Shown one piece after another: positions 34,670-46,861 of a stretch of DNA of 52,252 nt (position 1 is the first letter of the stretch; each line of letters opens with the position of its first letter). The translations under genes were made by a program, and so were the position numbers. The stretch is from Parasitella parasitica NRRL 2501 (Eukaryota > Fungi > Mucoromycota). The notes beneath the pieces are model-generated. The model saw nothing but the letters and a program-made list of their open reading frames with translations, ran no database searches and was not told where the DNA came from. The stretch is from assembly GCA_025201805.1 (NCBI GenBank), contig MU619323.1, positions 31,294-83,545 on the forward strand. The letters run 5' to 3'.

Positions 34670-36211
34670 ATGTCTGATGCAATTATGCCTCCTCACCCTG
34701 GTCTTGAAGGCTTGACCAACATTGATGAGCTGAAGCACCTTTGTCCTGCCTTCTCAAAGGGCTGTCCTTATGCTGTCCTCGAAGAAGCCGATTCCGTCGC
34801 AGTAAGTCATGGCGAGCTCTCTCGCTGGTAAGTATGCACAGTTGTGATTATCGCTATTATTACGTTTATTGACGCCATTGACTATAGTCCTGCATTCAAA
34901 GACGGATGCCCCTTCTCTACTAGAACAGAGCAAGAAATTCTCGACTTGATGAAGCAAATTCCTAAAGATCATCCCACTTTGAACATGCCAGGTAAATGTT
35001 ATATGCAAATAATAATAATAAAAAAAAAGTGATCGCTGCATAACACGTGATGTGTATAGAACTTCCTTCATGTGCCGAAGGTATTGTACTCGTCAATCAG
35101 CTGAACAAGTTCCTCGACAAGACTCAACTGGAAGCTCTTTTCGATATGACCCCCAAGAATCCTGTCGAGGAGCTCAAGGTGGAAGAATCTGTTGAGCCAG
35201 AATACCTTGAAGACCCTCAATTAGCGTCTGCAATGAGAGAAGGCACCAAGGTTGTCCACAGAGCTGCTGAAACTAGCATATTCACAAAGTAAATCACTGA
35301 CAAATCAGGAAATCATGCCCGGATTCTAAATGGATTTATAGGCGTTTCCTCAAGGGCGAGATCAATGCAGACGAATATGGGCGCTACATCAATTCTCTTT
35401 ATTTTGTCTACAAGTAAGCGTTTGTATTGATTTGATTCCCGTTTCTGACAGGCTAACAAATAAACGAACAAACAGGCACATGGAAGAGCTCCTGGAGCAA
35501 TACAAAGACCACATGGTTGTCAGCATCATCCATTTCCCTCACGAGTTGAACAGAAGAGAATCGTTAGAGAGAGATCTCGAGTTCTTTTACGGCAGGGAAC
35601 GTCTTGCCGAATTGACCAACCCAGACAACATGACGCCTGCGGTTCAAAAGTACGTCCAGGCATTGAAGGATGCTTGTACAAAGAACCCGGCCCTCTTGAT
35701 CGCTCACAGTTACTCTCGTTATCTCGGTGATTTGAGCGGTGGTCAGATCCTGTCCAAACGTCTCAAGAAGCACATTCTCTATATCGACGAAAATGACAGT
35801 GCTTGGGATACTACAGAAGGCTTAAACTTTTATCATTTCGCCAATCTGGGCAATCAGACAGAGTTTAAGAATTTCTATCGTGAGCGTTTGAACGCTGCCA
35901 AGGTGGATCAACACACCCGAGACTCGATTGTCGCCGAGGCAGTTCTCTCTTTTGAACTAAACATTCAATTGTTTGATGAGGTTCAAGAGTTATCAGATGC
36001 CGGCAAGTTGGTTCCTTCTCTCAACCAACAGGACAAAGTTGTTGTTGGCTTGAAGGAAGAAGCCATTGAAATTCAAGTCAATAGAGATGTTGTGCCTCCT
36101 GCTAAAGCTGCAAAGAAGGCCTCTTCTGCTTCCACCTGGATTGCCGTTACGGCTGTTGGTTTCGCTGCAGCAGCTATCGGCACCGCTGTTTACCGCCGTT
36201 ATTGCAGGTAG
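34670..36211 (+). CDS. HMX1: Heme oxygenase with N-terminal CP-repeat extension and C-terminal membrane anchor
   Basis: MREGTKVVHRAAE (proximal His), ELNRRESLERDLEFFYG, distal helix AHSYSRYLGDLSGGQ, FKNFYRERLN, and tail anchor WIAVTAVGFAAAAIGTAVYRR. 5 exons. Confidence 0.93.
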
Positions 36212-36384
36212 TTTTCTTTTTCCACAGTCTAATTATTTATTTATTTGTTGCACCTAAAATAAAGCATGCAACGCCCTCCTCCCCCTCCCCCCTCTTTCTA
36301 TACTTTACAAAGCCATTGTTCAAACTCTCAAACAAAAAACTAGATGTATGCATGTATGAGCGCTTTTTTTTTTTTTTTTTTTTA

Positions 36385-37049
36385 TTAGACTCGAAGGCCG
36401 AAATACCAATATAACGCTACCAATGTCAAAGTAACAGTGGCGGGTATAAGATCAAGCTGAACGATAAAGTAAATCCATACCGTGGCAAGCCCAGGGGCAC
36501 GCATCATCTGCCCAAGCGAGGGAGAATGGCGAAGAGTGTACATGAGAAAAGAGCCGACGACTGTGGACCCCAATGCCATTAGATTCTGGGCGAGTCTGGT
36601 AGATTTATAGCGATTCGAAAGATATATAAAAGGAGCAAGGGCTACAGGGTTGATAGTTGAGTAAATTCAGATTGATTCTAGCGTTGTATCCGTCTTGTCT
36701 TACCTGGTGCTGATCTGGCGCATTTTGCAACTATGCCAGCATAGTTCCAAGGCTCGCTGTATTGCACTTTTACGGTGACATCAAATGTAGCCATCAAGAA
36801 GCCAAAGGGGATGCTCAGAAAGATGGCTTGCCAGACATACTCTGCTGTAGTAGCCTGTTTTTTGACCAGCAGTTCTGATTCCCTTTGCTTTACTTTTTTC
36901 ATGAGCCCGGTTTGGTCGATAAGTCGAAGCTTCTCGTCGTCCGGGATGCCATCGGAGGGATGCGAAGGGATCTTACTAATAAGCGGCTCTTTGGCTGCCT
37001 TTCCTTTGAACTGAGAAGGCTTGACACCGCCTTGCTGTTTTTTGCTCAT
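36385..37049 (-). CDS. Small multi-pass membrane protein of unknown function
   Basis: Two exons (intron at about 36645-36703) join ORFs 36678-37049 and 36385-36579 in frame. IPDDEKLRLIDQTGLM, then 4-5 hydrophobic segments and MMRAPGLATVWIYFIVQLDL. Confidence 0.8.
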
Positions 37050-37260
37050 GGTAGTTTGTTTGTTCAGGGAGTAAAAGAAAGAGGAACACGCGGCATGGAC
37101 TTGTAAAAAAAAAAAAAAAAAAGATGGGGTTTGTCTTCACACTAATCTACCATATTAGACGGTCGATGTCGCTATCTTAAAATGCATTCGTCGACGACTT
37201 GCAACCAAGAAGAATAGCTTCCCCCTGGCAACCAATCTCCCTTTTTTAATTTCGAAAGCA

Positions 37261-39483
37261 ATGCTAGTGCGAAAAGGCCATCATGCTGTTTGCCCAGTGA
37301 TCAACAGATGGAAAAGCGTCAGACGGAATCAATTCATTTCCCCGGATGACTTGCGCACCGTATTCCTAGTGAATTTCTCATCCGTGTCAAATGCACCACA
37401 ACCAAGCAACTTGTCAAAACTGCAACAAGCCATAAGCCGAGGCAGCCTACAGCAAGCACGCTCTGCATATGAATCAACAGTAGCGGATATAAAGAGCGAC
37501 GATAAGGCAATCAACAGAGAGGTCATTCGAAAGCTGCTAATGCTCACACGCCATGGAAAGCGAAGCCAAGATCTAGATTTCATGCACACAGTTTTCCAGG
37601 ACATGAGATCAAAGCTGCGGTTGACGCCAAGTTACTTTGAATACCATGCTTTGATGTTTGCCTGCGGGATTCAGAAACTCCCCGAAAAAGCCTATTCATT
37701 GCTGGCTCAGATGAAACGAGACGACAATATAGAACCAACAGTGCTTACTTACAACACACTGTTGGGATGCTTTAAACGCACAAACAACGTCAAGAGAGCA
37801 GAGGAGGTTACGGCAGAGATGAAAGCTCGCCAAATAAAGCCTGACACTGTCACGTACAACACTATGCTCCATCTTTTGCTTCGAACGCAAGATTACAGTC
37901 GAGTGATTGAAATGTACAACATGATGCAAGCAGAGAAAGTTCGACCCGATATGTACACTTACTCGACCCTGCTTGATGCAGCTGTCAAATCCGGGAACCA
38001 GCGTTTTGGAGACAAAATTTTCGGCCAGATTACAAAAAAGTGTAGGCCTCGAGAAGTAGACTTGAATATAATCAACAACATGATCCGGTTCAAGGCAAAC
38101 AGCAGCCTGAGCGACGCCCTGGATCTATATTACGACTTGCCAAACCTATACCCCCATACACAACCAGACAAGGTGACTTTTAACATTCTGCTTGATATCT
38201 GCTTCAAAAACGACAACCCTGCCAAGGCATACATGATATTTAGCGATATGGAAAAGGCTCAATTCAAGCCAGATGTCGTAACATACGGCACGCTGATCGA
38301 TGCTGAAGCCAAGCTGGGCAATCCAAGAGAAGCGCTCCGCTTGTTCCAGAACATGTGCGATTTGTCAATTAAGCCCAACGACAGAATACTCAATAGCCTG
38401 GCCAACATAGCCTCCTCAAAGTCTGCCAAGTCTTCAGACATAAATCAGCTGCTGGATGTCATCCAGCAGCACCAGCACAAGTTCAGCCTGGACATCAAGG
38501 CGTACAATGCTTTGATGTTTGGGCTAGCCCAGAATGGACAATCGAATCAAGCACAGCACATATACGACACTGTGTTCCGGAAGTTGTCGTGCAAACCGGA
38601 TATTGCGACGTTTACACATCTTATTCTCGCATACATAAACGACGATAAGCTGGACGATGCCCTGGCGATATACTACACTCTGAGAGAACACCACAAGAAA
38701 TGCAAGCAGGACACTACACGGTCCCAGGTCAAGATACCAATCCAACTAGATACCACATTTTACTCGACCCTCATTGCGGCACTATCGAAAAACGATGTCC
38801 ATCACACAACGATCTCTCGCGACGACCCTGAGGAATCGTCGCCCAGATTGGTAGCGGCCATGAGTATTTTCAACGACATGAGGCCGCTGCAAATTCGACC
38901 CTCAATGCACACGTACACGGCCATGCTTCATGCTTGCGGACAGTATCGAGACCCGTACGTGTTGGACCAAGTACACAAACTGATCAAGGTAGACCTTTAT
39001 CTGGACCCTGATATTGCAATTTACAATGCCATGATGGACGCTTACAACCGGATAGGCGACGGTGGAAAAGTCCTCGACATCTGGCAGACGCTGTCTCTGT
39101 CTGCGTCGCAACAGTCGCAGCTGGCGCCCGATCAAACAACTGTTTCCATTGTGTTTGACAGCTGTGGCCATAATGGGCTGATGCAGCATGCTCAGTCAAT
39201 CTGGTCCTTTCTGAAACGCACACAGTTCAAGCTGAACACGAATAATTTCAGCTCGTACATTGAATGCCTCTGCAGATCAAAGGGGAGAGAAGGCTGGGAC
39301 AGGGCATTTGACATTGCCACGCAGGAAATGTCTACCCCTGGAAAGCCTCAACTTGGAAACCCAGTTTTAGATGAAAAGACGCTAAATACTCTGATTAGTT
39401 TTGCCAAAAAGAAAAGCTTTGACGACTCTGAAATAGGCAGGCTCGAGCAATGGCGAAAAGGGGTGCTTGCTTTAAAGGAATAG
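37261..39483 (+). CDS. Pentatricopeptide-repeat protein, probably mitochondrial
   Basis: Intronless 740 aa with many 35-aa repeats (PTVLTYNTLL, PDTVTYNTML, PDMYTYSTLL, PDVVTYGTLI, PDIAIYNAMM) and a basic N-terminus. Confidence 0.93.
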   Translation: MLVRKGHHAVCPVINRWKSVRRNQFISPDDLRTVFLVNFSSVSNAPQPSNLSKLQQAISRGSLQQARSAYESTVADIKSDDKAINREVIRKLLMLTRHGKRSQDLDFMHTVFQDMRSKLRLTPSYFEYHALMFACGIQKLPEKAYSLLAQMKRDDNIEPTVLTYNTLLGCFKRTNNVKRAEEVTAEMKARQIKPDTVTYNTMLHLLLRTQDYSRVIEMYNMMQAEKVRPDMYTYSTLLDAAVKSGNQRFGDKIFGQITKKCRPREVDLNIINNMIRFKANSSLSDALDLYYDLPNLYPHTQPDKVTFNILLDICFKNDNPAKAYMIFSDMEKAQFKPDVVTYGTLIDAEAKLGNPREALRLFQNMCDLSIKPNDRILNSLANIASSKSAKSSDINQLLDVIQQHQHKFSLDIKAYNALMFGLAQNGQSNQAQHIYDTVFRKLSCKPDIATFTHLILAYINDDKLDDALAIYYTLREHHKKCKQDTTRSQVKIPIQLDTTFYSTLIAALSKNDVHHTTISRDDPEESSPRLVAAMSIFNDMRPLQIRPSMHTYTAMLHACGQYRDPYVLDQVHKLIKVDLYLDPDIAIYNAMMDAYNRIGDGGKVLDIWQTLSLSASQQSQLAPDQTTVSIVFDSCGHNGLMQHAQSIWSFLKRTQFKLNTNNFSSYIECLCRSKGREGWDRAFDIATQEMSTPGKPQLGNPVLDEKTLNTLISFAKKKSFDDSEIGRLEQWRKGVLALKE

Positions 39484-39611
39484 ATTGTTGCAATAAAAAA
39501 ATGTATATTCTGGCTCTTGTGCCAAAAAAAAAAAAAAAAAAAAAAAAAATTATAAAAAGCATTTTATTTTTCATCGACGAGACGACATGAAATATGTTAC
39601 TATTAGCAAAA

Positions 39612-42600
39612 CTAACACTCTTCACCACCTTCAATCAAATCATGAAACAGATCCAACAAAGTAGCAGCAGACCAAGACTGAGTAGTGCAAGAGTCGTGGC
39701 AGTATTCAGCATCTTTGTTGGTCAATTCAGGAAGTCCACACCAAGGGTCCGAGCTCACATACTCACGGTGTTTACGCAGAATGCGAGCAATTTCTTGGTT
39801 TGAAAGAGCGTCAAAGTAGCGAGCAGCACGAAGATAATAGCCAAGAGGCCACAACCATTCGGGACCCTGATGGTAATTGCGGCCCTTTGACGTCTGGAAA
39901 TCTTCAGAGTTTTCAGAGTTATGATAGTATGGCTTGTATTGCTGGTCACGGGGGTCTAAAGTACGCATACCAAGAGGACCTAACAAGACGTCTCTGCAGA
40001 GTTGAATACATTGCTTAGCATGTTTTTTATCAAAGAGTTCGGGCGCCACAGCCATAGCGACAAACAAGTTGGGACGAAGCTGGTACTCGGTATAAGCTTC
40101 AGTCGCTTTGTACACGTCTTTGTAAATGCCACGGCGATTCACGATCTTGGAAATAACATCATAGTCCTTGTCGTGAGACGAGTCCTGAGGAACATAATAC
40201 ACTCTTTCAAAGTTCTTTTGCAAAAGATCATCCCAGTGCTTGAAAGTGATTGTCTTGTCACCGTCGTCTGTCTTGACGTTGTCGATGCCAGTCCATTTGT
40301 ACTCGCCACGTTCAATCAGCGAATTGACCCAACGAAGAGAGCTCTTCAAAAGACCTGTGATTTCAGCAGGGGCGCCATCACGAGGAGTCCCAGGGTAGCC
40401 TTTGTTGTTTGCTTTGACACTCTCGCCCATCTTGTCCATCCAAGTGCCACAATTCCAGATGTTACCGCCTACAAGCACGCCAGAGCTCCAGTCAACATCA
40501 ATGTCGATATTGAAGCCCTTGTCCGACATTTGCTCGTCAATTTGTCTGCCGGCATTGTGTTCTCTGAAATGAATGCCGCGAGCATGCCGTTCAAACACTT
40601 CTTGCATAATCTCAGCAATAGTGCTGGTATACGTGTATCCATCTTGGACCTCAACAAAACGATCGTCCTTGGGGAAACGACGGGGAACCTCGGCTTCCAA
40701 GATTGACTTTCCGTCGGGGGCAAGATTATAATAGTCTTGGATAGACTGCATAAAGAACCAAGCAGAATCACGGGAATTGTAGCGAGGGCGGCGAACAGAG
40801 TCTAGCAGATTGGGGATCAAACCATGACGGAGGGATCCAGCAAAAGCGATAATGTGCTCCTTGGCAGCTTCGTACCGACCAGTAACCATGAGTAATCCAC
40901 GAAGAGAAATGCATACATCGCGGCCCCAAACACGCATATGGCCGACGGTGAAATGAGGCAAACCAGCAGCCAAAGAAGGGGTGGATTTTGTAGGATTCAG
41001 GCCCGCAGATGGGACTTGGCAGAGCATTTGGACACTCGTCATGGCTAGTTGCTTGATAAAGGTATCGCCGTGCTGAACAAGAGGCGACATCAGCGTCAGA
41101 GCATGGGCATACACCTTGTCGTAGGCCGTCTTGATGATCAAAGCAAAATATTTAGGAACCAAGAAATCGGGCACTTTTCTGATCAGGGCAGAACGCTCCT
41201 CAAGCCAGGAAATCAAAGTTTTGAGGGCAGGATAATGGGCTTGGTATTCCTTGAGACGATGAATGGTATAATCAAGCGCCCAATGGCCAGCACGCAGGTT
41301 ATCGCAAAGGGGGTGTCCCAAGTCATTGTTGGCAATGATGGGTTTGAGCACAGACATGAATCCTTGCAGACCAGCATACACTAACTTTCCGAAATTAGGG
41401 ACATTGTAGACACCATCGCCAGAGGTACTGTCGATCTCTTCGCTCTCACAGCGATACAGGACGACGTTCGTAGCCAATAGATCAAGGTCTTTGACAACAT
41501 CGTCATCAATGGTAGTGATTGTCTTGAGAATCTCTGATTTATCGCCAATGGAAGTCTTGATGACACAAACGGAACCAGGAGCAAAGTTATCGGGAAGAAC
41601 CACCTGCAAAAATTGGCCCTTATCGTCTTCATGGCGATCAAATCTAGGGGCGTCTAAAGCTTCGAGGCGACTAGGAAGGCCTTGGAGATAGTCTGAATCC
41701 TTGGCTTCATGGCCGTCAATCTTAAGCGAATAACCAAACTCAAACTCTGCTTCGGATTTGCGAAGCTGAATGGGCGAATGACCAGTGCCTTGGCCAGGGA
41801 AAGCGGTGCGAGAAATCATGAGATAGCCAGACTGAGAACCAGGATGCTGGCGATGCACCAACAGATAGTCGTTTTCCTGGTGGACATGGACTTCACGGTA
41901 GCCCTCAAGACACATTTTTCTATGAAGGTTCATAAGCTTGTGTTTGGCCTCGATGATGCCTGTTCCGCGTTGAGGGTTGGGATCGTAATGGCGCTTTTCG
42001 TTCACAATATCTAAGAGTCGAGGATAGATTTCGTCATAGCCTTTTACGCTGCCCACTGCACAGTCAGAGAATGCAACTACAGCAGCATTAGGCAAAGTGT
42101 CCTGCTACATGTAAGCAAAACAAGAAAAAGACAGACAATATAAAAGCAACTTACTTGTGCAGTTCTCTTTTGGAACGGTGTTTCATTATCATGGGTGCAG
42201 TCCATGAATAGCGCACGAGGCATACTTCCATTGCTGACGGGGATGTAAAGCACTTTGTCATGTTCGTCGCCTTCATACGGCACCTTTTGCCAGAGCATAT
42301 CTTCATCCATGCTGCCAACAGGCTTGCCGCCATGACGATGAGCCAGACGAGACAGCTCATGTGTGTCCCAAGCCTGCATTGCTTCACGGATCAAGGCATG
42401 GATTCCCAAACGAGACACAAACGCATTGTCCTTTTCGGGAGAACCAGTGAACAATTCGGCCAAGACGTACAGATCAGGGCGGACCTTGCGAGCAGCATCC
42501 AAAAAGTATTCCGCTACATGGATTGGCGTAGAGTGGCAATTGTCGATGCGGATGCCGTGGAACATGCTGGCTACTTGCTCGGTATACTCGCGCATATGCT

Positions 42601-44619
42601 TCCACAGCCATGGGTTATCTTGAGGAGCCCTTCCGTAGCGAAGCTTGACACAGTCGCCCCAGATAATGACCTCACGGCGCAAGTACGCAGTCGAACCGGG
42701 ACCAGCAAAATCAACCAATGGGTCCGCATTCCAAATCCAACCGTTGTTTGCCAACATCATACTACCTGCAGGATGCTTGTTGCTTTTATCCTCAAGACGT
42801 GTGAAATACGTCTCAATGACAGGATTACTAGGCACTGTTTAGTAGGGGATACTCTAAGCAAAAAGCGCCATCAGCGTTACCTCTTTGTGATACTGCCCAA
42901 CTTGGGTCCGTTTTCTGCTAAGCGAGTGAATAAAAGTCTTGACTTGATGTTGTCCAACGCAACCTTGCATTCCATATCATATTCTTCGTAGAGAGGCAAG
43001 TTGTAGTCGTTCAATAGGCCTTGGAAAGAGGCAGCCAGGGAATCTATACGATCATCAGACACTTGGTCGAGACTTGGGATGCGGTTGAAGGCCAGCAGGA
43101 AGGAAAGTGCCTTGGCTGTATCAACCGACTTGTGGAAACGAGTGCCTAAATGCCCGTCTTGAACGACATCTTTTCCAAAGTGAGATGTGCGTTCTTTCAC
43201 TGGTAGTTTGACAATGTCCTTGTAGAGGGACGGATCTACTGCAGCGGTAGTGCGAGATCCAAGAGCCTTCCGGATCTCTTCCACATGCTTGGAGACATCA
43301 ATCACCTTGTATTCGTATAATTTCAAATCCTTGAATGTATGGTCCTTGATATAATTGACAATGGTGTCGGCATCATGAACGGATTTCACCTCACGTGGTA
43401 GATCAGCTTGCTCCATATTCCCGGAGAGGTCAATAAGCGCTGCATCCAACTCGTATGCAGGAACTAGGTAAGGCGAATTGTGAAGATTATAGCCTAGTCG
43501 CAAAAAAAATAAAAGGTCATTTTAGTTGTTCATTTTCAGTGTTCTGCTCTCCTGCTCCTCTCTCTCTTTCTCTCTGTCTGTTTCTCCCCCCCCCCCCCGT
43601 GATGTCTTTAAAATGTTCTTACCAGCTTCAGGATGTTTCAACAAAAATTCAGTGCTGTTGCTAGTGTGGTTCCAGACAACATCAGAAAGACTCAAAACAC
43701 CATGGTCCGTCTCCAACCTGGCAATGGCGTCTTTTACAATAGCCAATTTTTCGTCGTTGGTCCTTTTGCGATCCTTCTCGTCAAACACGTCGTCATCGAA
43801 AGCAAGTTGATCGGAAATGCTGTATGGTGAATTGGAATCACCACGTTTCTGCAAAGGTACAAAATGGATCATGTTGTAGCCAGCATACTCGACCTGTGTG
43901 ATCAGCTTGTTCCATTCCGTAATAGGACCCATCCATTTAGGCACCATGGATAGAACCATCAGTCCGTCCAGAGGTAATAACTCGCCGCTTTGGGATTTGT
44001 TGGCGTGAGGCAACTCAATACGAGGCTCGGCCACAACATAGCCAATGTCCGAAGTAACTTTGGTGGTGTTGTTGACAGTGTACTCTACCTTGTACTGGTA
44101 CGCACCGGGAAGATCAAGCTTAACATCACAATAAGCATCAAGCAGGTTGGGGTCTTTGATAAAGCTGGCCATTGAACGTGTTAGTTTTGAGATAGAAACG
44201 CTGTAAAAATGGTTGCTTACTTGACAGGATGGAAGGTATGTCTGTCGAATTCACTGTATGTAGGAAATGAGGGTCAGCACGCTATTATCTCCTCGCATGC
44301 AAAAAAAAAAAAAAGCACTTGCCCTTTAATTGGATAATTTGTGTATAAAGTGGGTTTCCCGCCAGCAGCCAGTGAGCCTGGTTTCAGAATGATTCGGAGG
44401 ATGACCTTTCCTTCAAACAGTGGAATTCGAATGTACTAGTGGTAAAAACGCGTTATTTTTGTTATTCGTGTGCCAAGATAATCCAACAGATTTAATGCAT
44501 AATGCTGTTGCATGACTTGCCGTTTTATCTTTGGCTGGAGAGCCATCGTCGGCTAAAGTGAGGGCATGCAAACGAGGCAGTTCCTGTAGCATTCGGGTCT
44601 GGTCTGTGACATTGGCCAT
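39612..44619 (-). CDS. GDB1: Glycogen debranching enzyme (4-alpha-glucanotransferase/amylo-1,6-glucosidase)
   Basis: SNSPYSISDQL, DVVWNHT, YLRREVIIWGDCVKLRYG, GIRIDNCHSTP, MDCTHDN, WGRDVCISLRGL, CGTWMDKMGES, NYHQGPEW and GLPELTN motifs. 7 exons. Confidence 0.97.
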
Positions 44620-45069
44620 GGTTTCGCAGATTTCCAGAGAAAGAGTGAGAGTGAGAGAGAAAGAGTGAGAAAAAAAAAAGTGAGAAAGAATACGTGCTGT
44701 CTATGCTGTCTGCTCAAGCCTATTTATATAATTTTCCCCATCTCTCATTTTCCATTTGTCGCGCGGGATAAAACAAATAGATGTCCAAAAGTCTTGGATC
44801 TTCTATGGTTTTTTTTTTTGGTAACACACAGTTGCACATTTTGGGGGGGGGGATTGTTTGGCGGCAAGATTCTGTTTATTATTATGCAAAATAAAATAAT
44901 CCCCTATATTATAAATTATATGGCATGCACGCAAAGGCACAGCTATATAGAGGCTCCTTTCAATCTAAAAAAGAGCTATAAAATCAGGCCTATGTGTATA
45001 GCTATTCCCTTGCTCTTCTTTCTCTTTTTTTTTTCTTTTTTCTTTACCTTGTATTGTGTGTCCTAAACC

Positions 45070-45911
45070 ATGACCACCCCACCTAAAAGGGCGTCTTCCT
45101 TTGCACCATCGTTCACAAGTGATGTCACTTTTTCAACCTTGACAAAACCATTCGAGCTGCAACTATCGCACTTGGGAAAGGCGCAATCTACCAAATCAGA
45201 GACCGTCAAACCTCCTTCCTCGTCTTCTCCTCGTCCGCCTCTGCCGATCGCCAGCAAAAACGTCATTGAAACTGAACATCAGCCAGATCAAGAGGAGAGC
45301 GAACGGAGTCAAACCTTAAATCGATTCAGATCTGTCGCCAAATCTGCCTTTCTAAAGTACTGGTTTCTTTTGGGCCTGGCCATTGCGATTCTCCTAGCAT
45401 GGCTATTTCCAAATGTAGGAAGGAAAGGCGGTTACGTTCGAGCTGAATGGAGTATAAAGTGGGGTAAGCAGACATGGAAACATGCCTACACAAATAAACA
45501 AAAAAAAAAAAAAAAACTCATGTTGCATGTTAGGCGCTGTTGTCATAATCTTTTTAATTTCAGGTCTGTCGTTACGTACAAAGATATTAGCCCAGACCTT
45601 GCTTCGAGTCCGTCTGCATTTACTGATACAGACCATCAGTCTCGTCATCATCCCGTTCTTTGTGTTTGGGCTTGTGCTCCTGTTCTTCAAATTGCACATG
45701 CCCATCAATTCATTGCTGCTGATTGGCGTTGTGATTTCTGCGAGCACTCCAACAACAGTGTCTTCGAACGTTGTCATGACAAAAAATGCAAATGGAAACG
45801 AGGCATCTGGTATATTTAACACAAAACACCTGCAGGTTACAATTGTTCTAATTATTTACGTAAAAGCCTTGATGAATGCTGCATTAGGAAATGTTCTAGG
45901 TACGTCATGGT

Positions 45912-45942
<31 letters not shown>

Positions 45943-46861
45943 CACTGAATGTATATATACGAAATTGTTCACATTTTAGGAATCTTTGTATCTCCAGCGT
46001 TGGTATCCTACTTTCAAGGGCCACTTTTGGCAGCCTCTCCAGAAGATGAAAGCGCAAACACAGCAGGAGGTTCAGTCGATTTCGTAATGGTATTAAAGCA
46101 GCTGGGCCTAACGGTCCTCTTGCCATTGGTTGCTGGGCAAGCGATTCAAATCTTGTTCACTGAGCCCGTTGCGAAATTCAAAGTAAAGTGTCGGCTTTCT
46201 GATGTCAGTAGCTTCTGTTTGCTGTTGATGGTCTGGTCAGTCTTTTCCGATGCAGTTTTCGCTGGCTCCTTCTCTGCTGTCGCTGGCAAAGATATTGCTG
46301 TTATAGTCGTTCTGAATTTCCTGTTTTACGTACTATTCTCTGCGTTCTCTCTTGCTATGGCAAGGCTGCCGTATCCAAAGCGTATTTTTGGCACAGTGAC
46401 ATGGCTTGATAGGCTGCGGTATTCCAGACAAGATACGGTTGCAGTGATGGTATGTGTTTACATCCCAATACAGATACACACAGCATGGCGTATATATTTA
46501 AAACCTGAATCTTGAAATTTAGTATTGCGGTGCCACAAAAACTGTTGCGATGGGCGTGCCACTGATCAATGTTCTGTATCAAAAAGGCGATCCAGGAACA
46601 ATCGGTGTTTTGTCAACACCTTTGCTTCTTTACCACGTCGAGCAGTTGATTCTGGGCAACATCGAGGTGGAGATTCTGAACAAGTGGGTCTTGCGCGGGC
46701 AAAAGAGAGACGAGCAAAAAGCGCAGGGCGATGCCGATGAAGAACAACAAACATCGACAACCTCTACAGCAACATCCGTATATCTGAATCGAGACGAAGA
46801 GAATGCATACGATAGCGCTGTAACAAAAATAGAGCCGTATGAAAAACAACCCAAGCTATGA
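45070..46861 (+). CDS. RCH1: Sodium/bile-acid symporter-like transporter (SLC10A7/Rch1 family)
   Basis: KYWFLLGLAIAI, IFLISGLSL, TPTTVSSNVVMTKNANGN, LGNVLG|IFVSP, |YCGATKTVAMGVPLI and PLLLYHVEQL. 5 exons. Confidence 0.85.

Noticed and set aside
40002-42991. Long antisense ORFs (234 and 243 aa) inside GDB1, and similar ones over RPS6, SNU13 and SOF1
   Set aside because: Expected shadows of codon-biased coding strands, with no recognisable motifs.
46850-46861. C-terminal PKL on the SBF transporter as a PTS1
   Set aside because: It is a polytopic membrane protein; PTS1 import applies to matrix proteins.
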